Source of the DNA: an uncultured archaeon
Lineage (GTDB): Archaea; Iainarchaeota; Iainarchaeia; Iainarchaeales; JAAZKV01
Length of the DNA: 14,637 nucleotides
Direction of reading: 5' to 3'
Assembly: GCA_964550725.1 (NCBI GenBank)
Contig: CAZKAC010000070.1
Coordinates: forward strand, 1-14,637
The notes beneath the pieces are model-generated. The model saw only the letters and a program-made list of their open reading frames with translations. It had not been told where the DNA came from and searched no databases. A program made the translations under genes and the position numbers. Below, one piece after another: positions 1-7,468 of the stretch (its first letter is position 1; every line of letters begins with the position of its first letter).

Positions 1-1189
1 TGATGAAATTTCTACACTTTCATATAAATCACAACAAGAATTACTTACTGCAATGCAAGAAAAAAAATATTCAATTACTGGGCAGAGTGAAAATTCTTCC
101 GGTGCAATGACACGAACAGAACCAGTGCCTTGTGATTTTGTTTTAATTGCTGCTGGAAATTATGAAGATTTACAAAAGGTTCATCCTGCTTTAAGAAGTA
201 GAATTAGAGGATATGGTTATGAAGTTTATATGAATGTTGATATGGAAGATACTCCTGAAAATAGAGAAAAAATAATGCAGTTTGTTGCACAAGAAGTTAT
301 TAAGGATGATAAGATTCCTCATTTTGATAAAGAAGCAGTTGAAGAAATTATTTTTGAAGCTAAAAGAAGAGCAGGGCGAAAAGGAAGGCTTACATTAAAA
401 TTACGTGATCTTGGTGGATTAGTAAGGGCTGCGGGAGATATTGCTAGGGAAAAAAATCATAAAATAGTTACACGGCAAGATGTCTATGATGCAAAATTAT
501 CTTCAAAAACTTTAGAACGCCAGATGGTGGATAAGGCAATAGATATGAAGAAAGATTATGAAGTATATTTAACGAAAGGAAAAGTAGTTGGTAGAGTAAA
601 TGGTTTGGCTGTATTTGGGGATGGCTCAGCTGGAAGTATAATTCCTATTGAAGCTGCAGTGAGTCCAGCAAGTAGTAAAAGTGAAGGGCGGGTAATTGCA
701 ACAGGAAAGCTTGGAGAAATTGCTAAAGAAGCGGTTCAAAATGTTTCAGTTTTGTTCAAAAAAATTTCTGGCAAAAATCTTTCTAGTCATGATATTCATA
801 TTCAATTTTTACAAACTTATGAGGGTGTTGAAGGAGATTCTGCAAGTGTTTCAATTGCAGCTGCAGTAATTTCTGCGATAGAAAAAATTCCAATTCGACA
901 AGATTTAGCAATGACTGGATCTTTGTCTGTGCGTGGAGAGGTTCTTCCTGTTGGGGGTGTGTCTTCAAAAGTTTCAGCCGCGATAAAAGCAGGATTTAAG
1001 GAAGTTATAGTTCCAAAATCAAACATTTTGGATATTGTTCTTACTAAAGAAGAGTTGGAAAAAATAAAAATAATTCCTGTATCTAATCTTTTAGAGGTTT
1101 TACAAGTGGCGTTTGAGAAAAGTTCTAGGAGAGATACTTTGTTAAAACTTTTGAATAAAGTTATAGCTCTTCCTTTATCTGATGTTTAA
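1..1189 (+). CDS. lon: Archaeal-type Lon protease (LonB), C-terminal portion, truncated at the window start. The reading frame is open from nt 2.
   Basis: The translation carries the AAA+ sensor-2/helical region (…[11 protein letters not shown]…) followed by the Lon proteolytic domain. It has the archaeal Ser motif GDSAS (bacterial LonA has GPSAG) and the downstream [14 protein letters not shown] lysine region. No stop occurs in frame upstream of the first ATG, back to nt 2, so the gene continues 5' of the window. Confidence 0.85.
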   Translation, partial: DEISTLSYKSQQELLTAMQEKKYSITGQSENSSGAMTRTEPVPCDFVLIAAGNYEDLQKVHPALRSRIRGYGYEVYMNVDMEDTPENREKIMQFVAQEVIKDDKIPHFDKEAVEEIIFEAKRRAGRKGRLTLKLRDLGGLVRAAGDIAREKNHKIVTRQDVYDAKLSSKTLERQMVDKAIDMKKDYEVYLTKGKVVGRVNGLAVFGDGSAGSIIPIEAAVSPASSKSEGRVIATGKLGEIAKEAVQNVSVLFKKISGKNLSSHDIHIQFLQTYEGVEGDSASVSIAAAVISAIEKIPIRQDLAMTGSLSVRGEVLPVGGVSSKVSAAIKAGFKEVIVPKSNILDIVLTKEELEKIKIIPVSNLLEVLQVAFEKSSRRDTLLKLLNKVIALPLSDV

Positions 1190-1287
1190 TAAAAAATTAT
1201 TTTCTTATTATTTAACCAGATTATTTAAAATAAGAATAATTTTTTTTTTTAATTTGTTTTATTAATTTTTGTTGTTTCTAATTTATT
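1190..1287. terminator. Convergent intergenic region with an imperfect hairpin (ttattttcttatt … aaataagaataa) followed by a T10 tract; a candidate bidirectional terminator for lon and the DUF373 gene.
   Basis: Read directly from the sequence. Archaeal termination typically occurs at oligo-T tracts. This is a weak call. Confidence 0.3.
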
Positions 1288-2511
1288 TTAATTAAAAATT
1301 ATTACTTTTCCATTATCTATTTTAAATTGTTTTTTAGTTTTTTCTATTTCAATATTTTTTTCATTTATATAAATAATACTTTGTTTTCTTCTATTTATTT
1401 TATCAATTCTTCCTAAATAATTTCCATCTAAATCAAATATGCTTATTCCTATGAGCATTTTTGTTACTCTGTCACGGATGTCAAAAACTTTTCCAATTCT
1501 TATTGTGAATACGAGTATTACTAAACTTGTTACAATATTTATCAAAAACCATGGGATTTCAGCATGTCTTAAAAATACTAGAGTTCCTGAATCTAAAATT
1601 GCCCAAAGTAAAACTAAAGAGATGCTGGAAATAATATATTTTCCAATATGGTATGCTTTTTTTTCATGTATTGTATCAATCGCTTTTCCAATCACAATCA
1701 TTATTGCGCCTAATGCAAAAAAAGGATAAATGATTCTGAATGCTGATGCGAATCCAAAACTATCCCATAAATTAATTGCAATAAATTCAGAATAACCAGC
1801 GATAATTCCAAATAATGGTAATCCTATTCCTCCAACATATAATGGTAGACTTCCACGTTGTTCTAGAAAACTTGTACTTATTCCTGAGAAGAATCCAAGG
1901 ATTTTTTCTTCTACTCCAAATCCTTTAATTAACAAATATAATCCTACTACTAAAGCGATTGGTTGGAATGCTTGAAAACCTAAAGTAAATAATGCTCCAA
2001 ACATTACTAAAATAATTCCAGGTACTCCAAAAAACAGGCGAGATATTCCTGGGTCTTTTAAAGCTTCTTTTATTGTATAATATGTTGATTCAACCATTTG
2101 TGCTTGTTTGATGATAATTTCTTCAGTAGATATTATTTTTGCAGTTGATTGGAGAATAGGTATTACTTGTGAATCTTCCATTCCATCAGTTACTAAAATC
2201 CATCCATCAATAACATATTTAGTTTTTAGGTTTTCAATTTGTTTGTTTATTTCTTTATCTGATTTTAAACCAATTTTTCCATGTCCTGTTAGAGTTACAA
2301 TTTCAACATTTCTAAATTCTTTCTTTGCTTCATCAAGTTTTTTTATTGCAGCAAACATAGTATTAGCATCACTTTCAGTAGGGTCTGTTAATGCAAGTTT
2401 TAATGCTGCAGAGGTATTATTTTCTTTACCAATGATTGGTCCAGTTAAATTTACTTTTCGTCCCAAGTCATTATCGCGGTCAACGCATACTATAAATATC
2501 TTTTTTTTCAT
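1288..2511 (-). CDS. DUF373 / COG2237-family archaeal integral membrane protein.
   Basis: The N-terminus MKKKIFIVCVDRDNDLGRK…TGPIIG…DPTESDANTMFAAIK matches the conserved soluble N-domain of DUF373 proteins (…CIDRDDDLGRK…DPEDSD.N). It is followed by multiple hydrophobic transmembrane segments. Confidence 0.6.
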   Translation of the reverse strand: MKKKIFIVCVDRDNDLGRKVNLTGPIIGKENNTSAALKLALTDPTESDANTMFAAIKKLDEAKKEFRNVEIVTLTGHGKIGLKSDKEINKQIENLKTKYVIDGWILVTDGMEDSQVIPILQSTAKIISTEEIIIKQAQMVESTYYTIKEALKDPGISRLFFGVPGIILVMFGALFTLGFQAFQPIALVVGLYLLIKGFGVEEKILGFFSGISTSFLEQRGSLPLYVGGIGLPLFGIIAGYSEFIAINLWDSFGFASAFRIIYPFFALGAIMIVIGKAIDTIHEKKAYHIGKYIISSISLVLLWAILDSGTLVFLRHAEIPWFLINIVTSLVILVFTIRIGKVFDIRDRVTKMLIGISIFDLDGNYLGRIDKINRRKQSIIYINEKNIEIEKTKKQFKIDNGKVIIFN

Positions 2512-2637
2512 AAAAATTTCCTATTTTTTTGTTCTCAAAAGACTTAAATACCATAAGCAAACAAGTTATATATAACATTAATGTAATTAAATTATAATGG
2601 ATTTTTAATAAGAATTTAATGGTTGTTATAAAGGTAA

Positions 2638-3744
2638 GTGAATTATTTTTTAGGTAAGTGGATTTTGATGGCTGCACACAATATGAAATATATTATTTTT
2701 TTAGGAATAATAATCCTTGGATTAATGCTTTTTGCGACAGCGCTTTCACATGTTGATTTTATTTTATCTAATATAGTGTGGATAATTCTTCTTTTTGCAT
2801 TTTTATATATAATTTATCAGTATGATTTCATATTACAGTTACTTGATTATGAGAGGGCAGTTATATTTAGATTTGGTAAAATTAATCGTGTTGGCGGCCC
2901 AGGGTGGGCTTTTATTTGGCCAATTGTTGAAACGTCAAGACTTGTTGATTTGAGGACAAAGACTATTGATGTTGAAAAGCAAGAAGTTGTAACTAAAGAT
3001 TCTATTGAATTGACGGTTGATGCAATTATTTATTTAAAAGTAAAAAAAGATTCTCAAAGTGTGGTTAATTCGATAATCGAAGTTGAGGATTATGTTAATG
3101 CGTCTCGTCTTTTTGTTATTTCTGCATTAAGAGATGTTATTGGTTCTATGGTTTTGAGTGAGGTTATTTCTAATATTGAAGTTTTAAATATGAAAATAAC
3201 TGAAAGCCTTGAAAGAGTTTCAAAAGGTTGGGGTGTTGCAATTGATGGGGTTGAAATAAAAGATGTTCAAATTCCTGATACTGTATTAAATGCAATGCAT
3301 GAAGAAAAGGCAGCGGTTCAACAAAAACTTGCAAGAATGGAGCGAGCTCTTGCTCATAAGGCTGAAATTCAAGCTGTTAAAGAAGCAGCATCTGATTTAG
3401 ATGATAAAGCTTTGGCTTATTATTATATTAAAGCAATTGAGGGGATGTCAAAAGGAAAAGGTTCTCAAATTTTCTTTCCTGCTGAATTTTCAAAACTTGC
3501 GGGAGTATTTTCTAACGCAGTTCCAGGGGGTTTAATAAAAGAAAAAAAATCATTAACTGGAGTGAATCAAAAATATAAACAAGTTTTGAAAAATTATATT
3601 GACTCTTCTGTTAAAAAAGCAAAGAAAAAGGCTCATTCAAAAATTATTCTTGTGAAAACAAAACCATCTAAGAAAACAAAATCTTCTAAGAAAACAAAAT
3701 CGTCTAAGAAAAAATCTTTAAAAAAGAAGAAAAAGAAAAACTGA
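2638..3744 (+). CDS. SPFH / band-7 (stomatin/prohibitin-like) membrane protein with a lysine-rich C-terminal tail. The track start at 2638 is GTG; the true start is probably ATG 2668 or 2683.
   Basis: It has an N-terminal TM helix and then a canonical SPFH core (YERAVIFRFGKINRVGGPGWAFIWPIVE…IDVEKQEVVTKD…VDAIIYLKV) and a coiled-coil region (EEKAAVQQKLARMERALAHKAEIQA). A duplicated aggtaagtg motif lies upstream; the second copy sits 6 nt before ATG 2668 and is Shine-Dalgarno-like. Confidence 0.8.
   Translation: MNYFLGKWILMAAHNMKYIIFLGIIILGLMLFATALSHVDFILSNIVWIILLFAFLYIIYQYDFILQLLDYERAVIFRFGKINRVGGPGWAFIWPIVETSRLVDLRTKTIDVEKQEVVTKDSIELTVDAIIYLKVKKDSQSVVNSIIEVEDYVNASRLFVISALRDVIGSMVLSEVISNIEVLNMKITESLERVSKGWGVAIDGVEIKDVQIPDTVLNAMHEEKAAVQQKLARMERALAHKAEIQAVKEAASDLDDKALAYYYIKAIEGMSKGKGSQIFFPAEFSKLAGVFSNAVPGGLIKEKKSLTGVNQKYKQVLKNYIDSSVKKAKKKAHSKIILVKTKPSKKTKSSKKTKSSKKKSLKKKKKKN
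3667..3717 (+). repeat. An 18-nt tandem repeat (tctaagaaaacaaaatcK, about 2.8 copies) encoding SKKTKS repeats in the SPFH lysine-rich tail.
   Basis: Direct reading of the sequence: tctaagaaaacaaaatct tctaagaaaacaaaatcg tctaagaaaaaatct. Confidence 0.7.
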
Positions 3745-3765
3745 ATTTTCAAAATGAAAACTCAG
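3741..3765. terminator. Hairpin ctgaatttt-caaaatg-aaaactcag that includes the SPFH stop codon, in the convergent region with rpoL.
   Basis: A 9-bp stem with one mismatch (G·U if transcribed), followed by AT-rich sequence. This is a weak terminator candidate. Confidence 0.25.
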
Positions 3766-3785
3766 CATTTCCAAAATTAAAAGAT

Positions 3786-4052
3786 TTATTTTATTTTTTC
3801 AAATACTTTTTTGAACTCAGTAATATCTGCTTTTGCAGTTTTAATTGCTGTTTCAATACTTTTTTTTGGATTCTTTCCTTTTACTACAAATCTTGCTCTT
3901 TTGTCTAAAGGATGGTCAAGTCTGTATGCACAGAAATCAACACTTGAATCTTCTGTTAATTTTTCTTTTAGAAGGTTTGGCAGAGTGTGTCTTTCACCTT
4001 CAATAAAAAATTCAATACCTTCTTTGTCTTGAGTTATTATTTCTATTTTCAT
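3786..4052 (-). CDS. rpoL: DNA-directed RNA polymerase subunit L (Rpb11 homologue).
   Basis: The 88-aa protein MKIEIITQDKEGIEFFIEGERHTLPNLLKEKL…DFCAYRLDHPLDKRARFVVK matches the archaeal RpoL pattern (…EGEDHTLGN…Y…HPL.D). A strong SD, GAGGAGGA, lies 7 nt upstream (on the + strand tcctcctc at 4060-4067). Its position next to csl4 is a conserved archaeal linkage. Confidence 0.78.
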   Translation of the reverse strand: MKIEIITQDKEGIEFFIEGERHTLPNLLKEKLTEDSSVDFCAYRLDHPLDKRARFVVKGKNPKKSIETAIKTAKADITEFKKVFEKIK

Positions 4053-4896
4053 TTCTGAATCCTCCTCTTGAATCAGTTCTATTAAAATTATTTCTTCCTA
4101 ATGAAGAATTAGGTTGACTATTTGATCTATTATAGTTGAATGTTCGTTCGCCTGTATTAGGTCTCCCAAAATTATTTCTTGGTGGAGAATTTGAATTATT
4201 TCGGTTAGGTTCTCTTCCAAAGCTTGGTCTTCTTTCTTGACGATTTCCAGAAAAACTTCTTCTATTATTATCTCGTCCCATGCTTCTTCCAAAATTTCCA
4301 CGCCTGTCTCCAAATCCTCTTGAATCATTTCTTGGTCGTTCTGTTCTTTGATCTTCTGCTTCAAACCATTTTCTTTCTTCAACGCTTCCACATTTTAAAC
4401 AAATCATTTTGTCTTTATTAAATTCCATTCTATTTCGACAATTTTTGCAATATGCTTCGACAACACCCAGTCCTTTTTCATTTGTTGCTAAATCAATTGC
4501 AAGTCTTGAAGCCATTACTACTTTTGCTTTTACATAATCACCTAATCCAAAACATTTTCGCATATCTTCTGTATAACTTTGAGATGCATTTCTTACAGGA
4601 ATTTGTCCTGTTGAAATAATTATTGCCCTCGCTTGTTCTGAAGAAAGTATATTTATGCTTGCCATTTTTTCATTAACTTTCACAACTCTTCCAATTATAA
4701 TATCTCCTTCTTTAAGTGGAAGTATTGTTTTTCCCTTTACTTTAGCTTCTTTTGTTTGTTGGTCAAAATCAGCAATTCCTATTATTGATGCTTTTATTTC
4801 CCCATCTTTTTCATGAGTGTTTGTGCCTGGAGCAAATTCTTCTTCAGTCGCTATGAAGTCTCCGGGTAAAACGAGTTTTATTTTTTCTTTATTCAT
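4012..4896 (-). CDS. csl4: Exosome cap subunit Csl4 (N-domain, S1 domain and Zn-ribbon) with an RG/N/F/S-rich low-complexity C-terminal extension of about 110 aa. Its 3' end overlaps rpoL by 41 nt.
   Basis: The S1-domain region (GDIIIGRVVKVNEKMASINIL…) and the C-terminal Zn-ribbon (CKNCRNRMEF…CLKCGS) are typical of archaeal Csl4. A GGTGA SD lies 4 nt upstream (tcacc at 4901-4905). The tail …RGFGDRRGNFGRSMGRDNNRRSFSGNRQERR… continues in frame to 4012. Confidence 0.8.
   Translation of the reverse strand: MNKEKIKLVLPGDFIATEEEFAPGTNTHEKDGEIKASIIGIADFDQQTKEAKVKGKTILPLKEGDIIIGRVVKVNEKMASINILSSEQARAIIISTGQIPVRNASQSYTEDMRKCFGLGDYVKAKVVMASRLAIDLATNEKGLGVVEAYCKNCRNRMEFNKDKMICLKCGSVEERKWFEAEDQRTERPRNDSRGFGDRRGNFGRSMGRDNNRRSFSGNRQERRPSFGREPNRNNSNSPPRNNFGRPNTGERTFNYNRSNSQPNSSLGRNNFNRTDSRGGFRNENRNNNSRQRRY
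4060..4067 (-). promoter_or_regulatory. Shine-Dalgarno GAGGAGGA for rpoL, embedded in the 3' coding region of csl4.
   Basis: It is complementary to the archaeal 16S 3' end (CCUCC) and lies 7 nt from the rpoL ATG. Confidence 0.6.
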
Positions 4897-4991
4897 TATT
4901 TCACCAGCTTTTTGTTTATTTTATTTTTTGCCAAAAATAGCATATCCTTATATATTTCCAAACTAATTTAATTTATGATATATATATAAAG

Positions 4992-5993
4992 GTGTCTTTA
5001 TTGGCTTTAGAATCATTAATACGAGAAAAAAGAATCAGAGAGCATCCTTTTTTTATGCTTGTTTTGACGATTATTGTAGTTTTTTTTAGTATTTTATTTT
5101 CTTATTTTATGTTTCCTAAATATGCATCGGTTCTTGCAGTGGCTTTTATAACAATTGCATTAGTTCCAATTATCTATAAAATTATTATTATTGAAGAAGA
5201 AGAAGAGGCTTTTTGTGGAAAAAGTTTTACTACATTTTTTGCTAGAAATTTTAATATAATTCAAATTTATGTTTGGGTTTTTGTAGGGGTAATAATTACT
5301 TTTGCTATATTATACATGTTTTTTCCAACTGGGACAAAATTAGAGTTGTTTTCAGAACAAATAAACGCTTTTTGTATTTTATCTGGAGAGTGTCAAAACA
5401 ATATTCCTTTGTCAGTTATAGGAAAAGCAGGGGCCTTTTCATTTGATGCTTGTAAAAATCCAGGAGTGAGTACGCTTAGTTCGTGTTCATTATTTATTTT
5501 TGAAAATAATATAGGTGTTGTTTTAATTACAATTATTCTTTCATTATTTTATGGAGTTGGAGCAATTTTTATTTTAGTGTGGAATGCATCGATTTTAGGA
5601 GTCTTTTTTGGAGAAGTATTTTTGATTTCAAATCATGGTAGAGGTTTGGGTTTAATTCAAGGTATGTTAATTGGGCATGGTCCTCCAGAATTAATGGCTT
5701 ATATTTTTGCAGCTTTAAGTGGAGCAATTCTTTCAGCAGTTATTGCAAAAAATAAACTTTCTTGTCCTCACGAATTTGAAAAAATTCTTCAAGATGTAGT
5801 TTTTTTAATATTTCTTTCATTATTTTCGGTTGCATATGGTGCAATTTTGGAAGCAGCAGGGATTCTTAAACTTGAAGCATTATATGTTTTTGGCGGATTT
5901 TTATATGTATTAATTTTAATGTTAGCAGTAATTTTTTATGGAAAAAGAGGGCGAATTAAAAAAGTTGATTTAGTTAAAAAATACAATTTATAA
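4992..5993 (+). CDS. SpoIIM / DUF95 (COG1300)-like polytopic membrane protein with a cysteine-containing extracytoplasmic loop.
   Basis: It has multiple TM helices. The segment GVGAIFILVWNASILGVFFGEV…GHGPPELMAYIFAALSGAILS matches the conserved HG..E…A..G signature of the SpoIIM/DUF95 family. The start is an alternative GTG/TTG just after an AGGTG motif. Confidence 0.5.
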   Translation: MSLLALESLIREKRIREHPFFMLVLTIIVVFFSILFSYFMFPKYASVLAVAFITIALVPIIYKIIIIEEEEEAFCGKSFTTFFARNFNIIQIYVWVFVGVIITFAILYMFFPTGTKLELFSEQINAFCILSGECQNNIPLSVIGKAGAFSFDACKNPGVSTLSSCSLFIFENNIGVVLITIILSLFYGVGAIFILVWNASILGVFFGEVFLISNHGRGLGLIQGMLIGHGPPELMAYIFAALSGAILSAVIAKNKLSCPHEFEKILQDVVFLIFLSLFSVAYGAILEAAGILKLEALYVFGGFLYVLILMLAVIFYGKRGRIKKVDLVKKYNL

Positions 5994-6011
5994 TCTCTTT
6001 GTTAGTTTTTT

Positions 6012-6872
6012 TTGTTTATGAAAAAATTTAAATCAAAAAGTAATCCAAAAAGTAATTCGGAAAGTAATTCGGAAAGTAATTCAATTAATGATTTAGGGTT
6101 TATTGGTTCTTTTATAAATAGTCAAAAATTTAAAAAATTTAAAAAAAAGCTTGAGTGGTTAGATCCTTTCCATTATGTTGATTTATTTGTGATGCCTAAA
6201 GTTAAAAAATTTACTGATAGTTGGGTTGTTGAAGGAGTAGTAAATTTATTTTTTGCTGGATTGTTTGCGGGGTTAATTTATTTTTTTTTAAGTATGTTAT
6301 TTGGTTCTTCAACTCCTTTAGTAATAGTTTATTCTGAAAGTATGGAGCCTTATTTTTACCGAGGGGATGTAATGGCGTTATCTGGAATTAATGGGGATTC
6401 TGTTTTTACTCAAGAAATTAATCTAGACATTAATGTTGGTGGGGTTGAGGTTTCAAGTTTTGCAGAACCCCAATATATTGATGGTCAGTTAAATTCAATT
6501 ATTTTTGAAAACGGTGAACAAATAGTTCCTAATAAAGAGGGTGATGTTATAGTTTATTCTTCATATCCTACTAACCTTCCTATTATTCATAGAGCCATCG
6601 TAAAAATAAATGCTAATGATGGGATATTTTTTTTAACCAAGGGTGATAATTATTTAACTAATCCAACATATGATCAAGATTGTGGAGAAATTTTACTTAA
6701 TAATCCCAAAAAATCATGTGTTACTTTTTTTGCAGTAAAAAATGAATCAATTCAAGGAAAATCTTTTTTTAAAATTCCTCTAGTGGGATGTATAAAATTG
6801 TGGTTGGTTGATGATTTATTTTCGGTTATCACTACTGGGAAGCTACCTTCTAATTTTAATGGATTTTGTTAA
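6012..6872 (+). CDS. Type I signal peptidase, archaeal/eukaryotic Sec11 type (S26B), with a low-complexity N-terminal extension of about 70 aa. The track start is TTG; ATG 6018 is the likely start.
   Basis: It contains the catalytic box SESMEPYFYRGD (Ser), the IIHRAIV box (His) and the KGDNYLTNPTYDQD box (conserved Asp residues). A single TM segment (LFFAGLFAGLIYFFLSMLF) precedes the catalytic domain. Confidence 0.72.
   Translation: MFMKKFKSKSNPKSNSESNSESNSINDLGFIGSFINSQKFKKFKKKLEWLDPFHYVDLFVMPKVKKFTDSWVVEGVVNLFFAGLFAGLIYFFLSMLFGSSTPLVIVYSESMEPYFYRGDVMALSGINGDSVFTQEINLDINVGGVEVSSFAEPQYIDGQLNSIIFENGEQIVPNKEGDVIVYSSYPTNLPIIHRAIVKINANDGIFFLTKGDNYLTNPTYDQDCGEILLNNPKKSCVTFFAVKNESIQGKSFFKIPLVGCIKLWLVDDLFSVITTGKLPSNFNGFC
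6037..6084 (+). repeat. A 12-nt tandem repeat (aaagtaatYcRR, 4 copies) encoding KSNP-KSNS-ESNS-ESNS at the signal peptidase N-terminus.
   Basis: Direct reading: aaagtaatccaa aaagtaattcgg aaagtaattcgg aaagtaattcaa. Confidence 0.75.
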
Positions 6873-6930
6873 GAGTTAAATAATAAAGAAAATTAATAAG
6901 CTTTTTATTCTTGAAAGGTATAATCTTATT

Positions 6931-7341
6931 ATGGTTTTTGAATTAACAACAGAGTTGCTTGTAAATTTTTCATTGATTTTAATAGCTATTTCAATATTAA
7001 TTATTATAGTTTCTTTGTTTATTATTTCAAGAAAATCACAAGAAGAAAAATCAATTTCTGAAGTTATTAGTTTATTAAAAAATATTAAAAAAGAAGATAA
7101 TGTTGTACAAAAAAATATAGAATTTTCTATACATTCTGGTGAAGTTAGTTTGAAGGATAGGCTTAAGAAAAAGTTTCAACCAAAAATAGAGTCTCAATTA
7201 AAAACAAAAGTTGAAATGCTTGATTTTAATGCACAGGATAAAAATTTTTTAGCATTAATAAGTATTTCTGGTTTAAAAATTCTTTTAACTTTAGATTCTT
7301 CTGGAAAAATTATTGATTATAAAAAAATATTGCCCAGTTAA
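6931..7341 (+). CDS. Hypothetical small protein of 136 aa with an N-terminal TM anchor and a K/E-rich soluble domain.
   Basis: The ORF is clean, starts at ATG and is preceded by aaaggta. A hydrophobic segment spans residues about 10-33. I recognise no family for it. Confidence 0.4.
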   Translation: MVFELTTELLVNFSLILIAISILIIIVSLFIISRKSQEEKSISEVISLLKNIKKEDNVVQKNIEFSIHSGEVSLKDRLKKKFQPKIESQLKTKVEMLDFNAQDKNFLALISISGLKILLTLDSSGKIIDYKKILPS

Positions 7342-7468
7342 TTGATTTAATAGTCCTTAGTTTTAAATAAAAAAAATATTCTTTGCGTTTGCCTTAAAAG
7401 CTTTTACAATCATTAATTAATTTAATCCAATAATTAATCTAATAATATTGTGAAAAATAGTGGTTTAA

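Noticed and set aside
783-1026. Two short minus-strand ORFs inside the lon gene.
   Set aside because: They lie antisense within a strongly supported protease domain and are spurious.
1439-2677. ORFs 1439-1729 (+), 2108-2575 (+) and 2480-2677 (-), which overlap the DUF373 gene or its promoter region.
   Set aside because: They are antisense to or overlap a well-supported CDS. Their translations are hydrophobic or low-complexity mirror images typical of AT-rich antisense frames, and they have no homology signal.
4098-4391. A 97-aa acidic (E/I/L/Q-rich) ORF in an alternative frame on the same strand as the Csl4 tail.
   Set aside because: The tail DNA is purine-rich on the coding strand, so stop codons are rare in every frame. 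This ORF has no start context and no SD. The in-frame continuation from the Csl4 Zn-ribbon is the simpler reading. I keep it only as a reason to check for a frameshift at about nt 4340.
3811-4421. Plus-strand ORFs 3811-4032 and 4224-4421, antisense to rpoL and csl4.
   Set aside because: They are antisense shadows of conserved genes. The second is poly-F/L low-complexity.
7342-7468. An AT-rich spacer upstream of PCNA-1 with AATTAAT repeats and the 10-bp palindrome AAAAGCTTTT, considered as a possible replication origin with ORB elements.
   Set aside because: I found no ORB-like consensus and no adjacent orc1/cdc6 gene. The composition is indistinguishable from other intergenic promoters in this genome.
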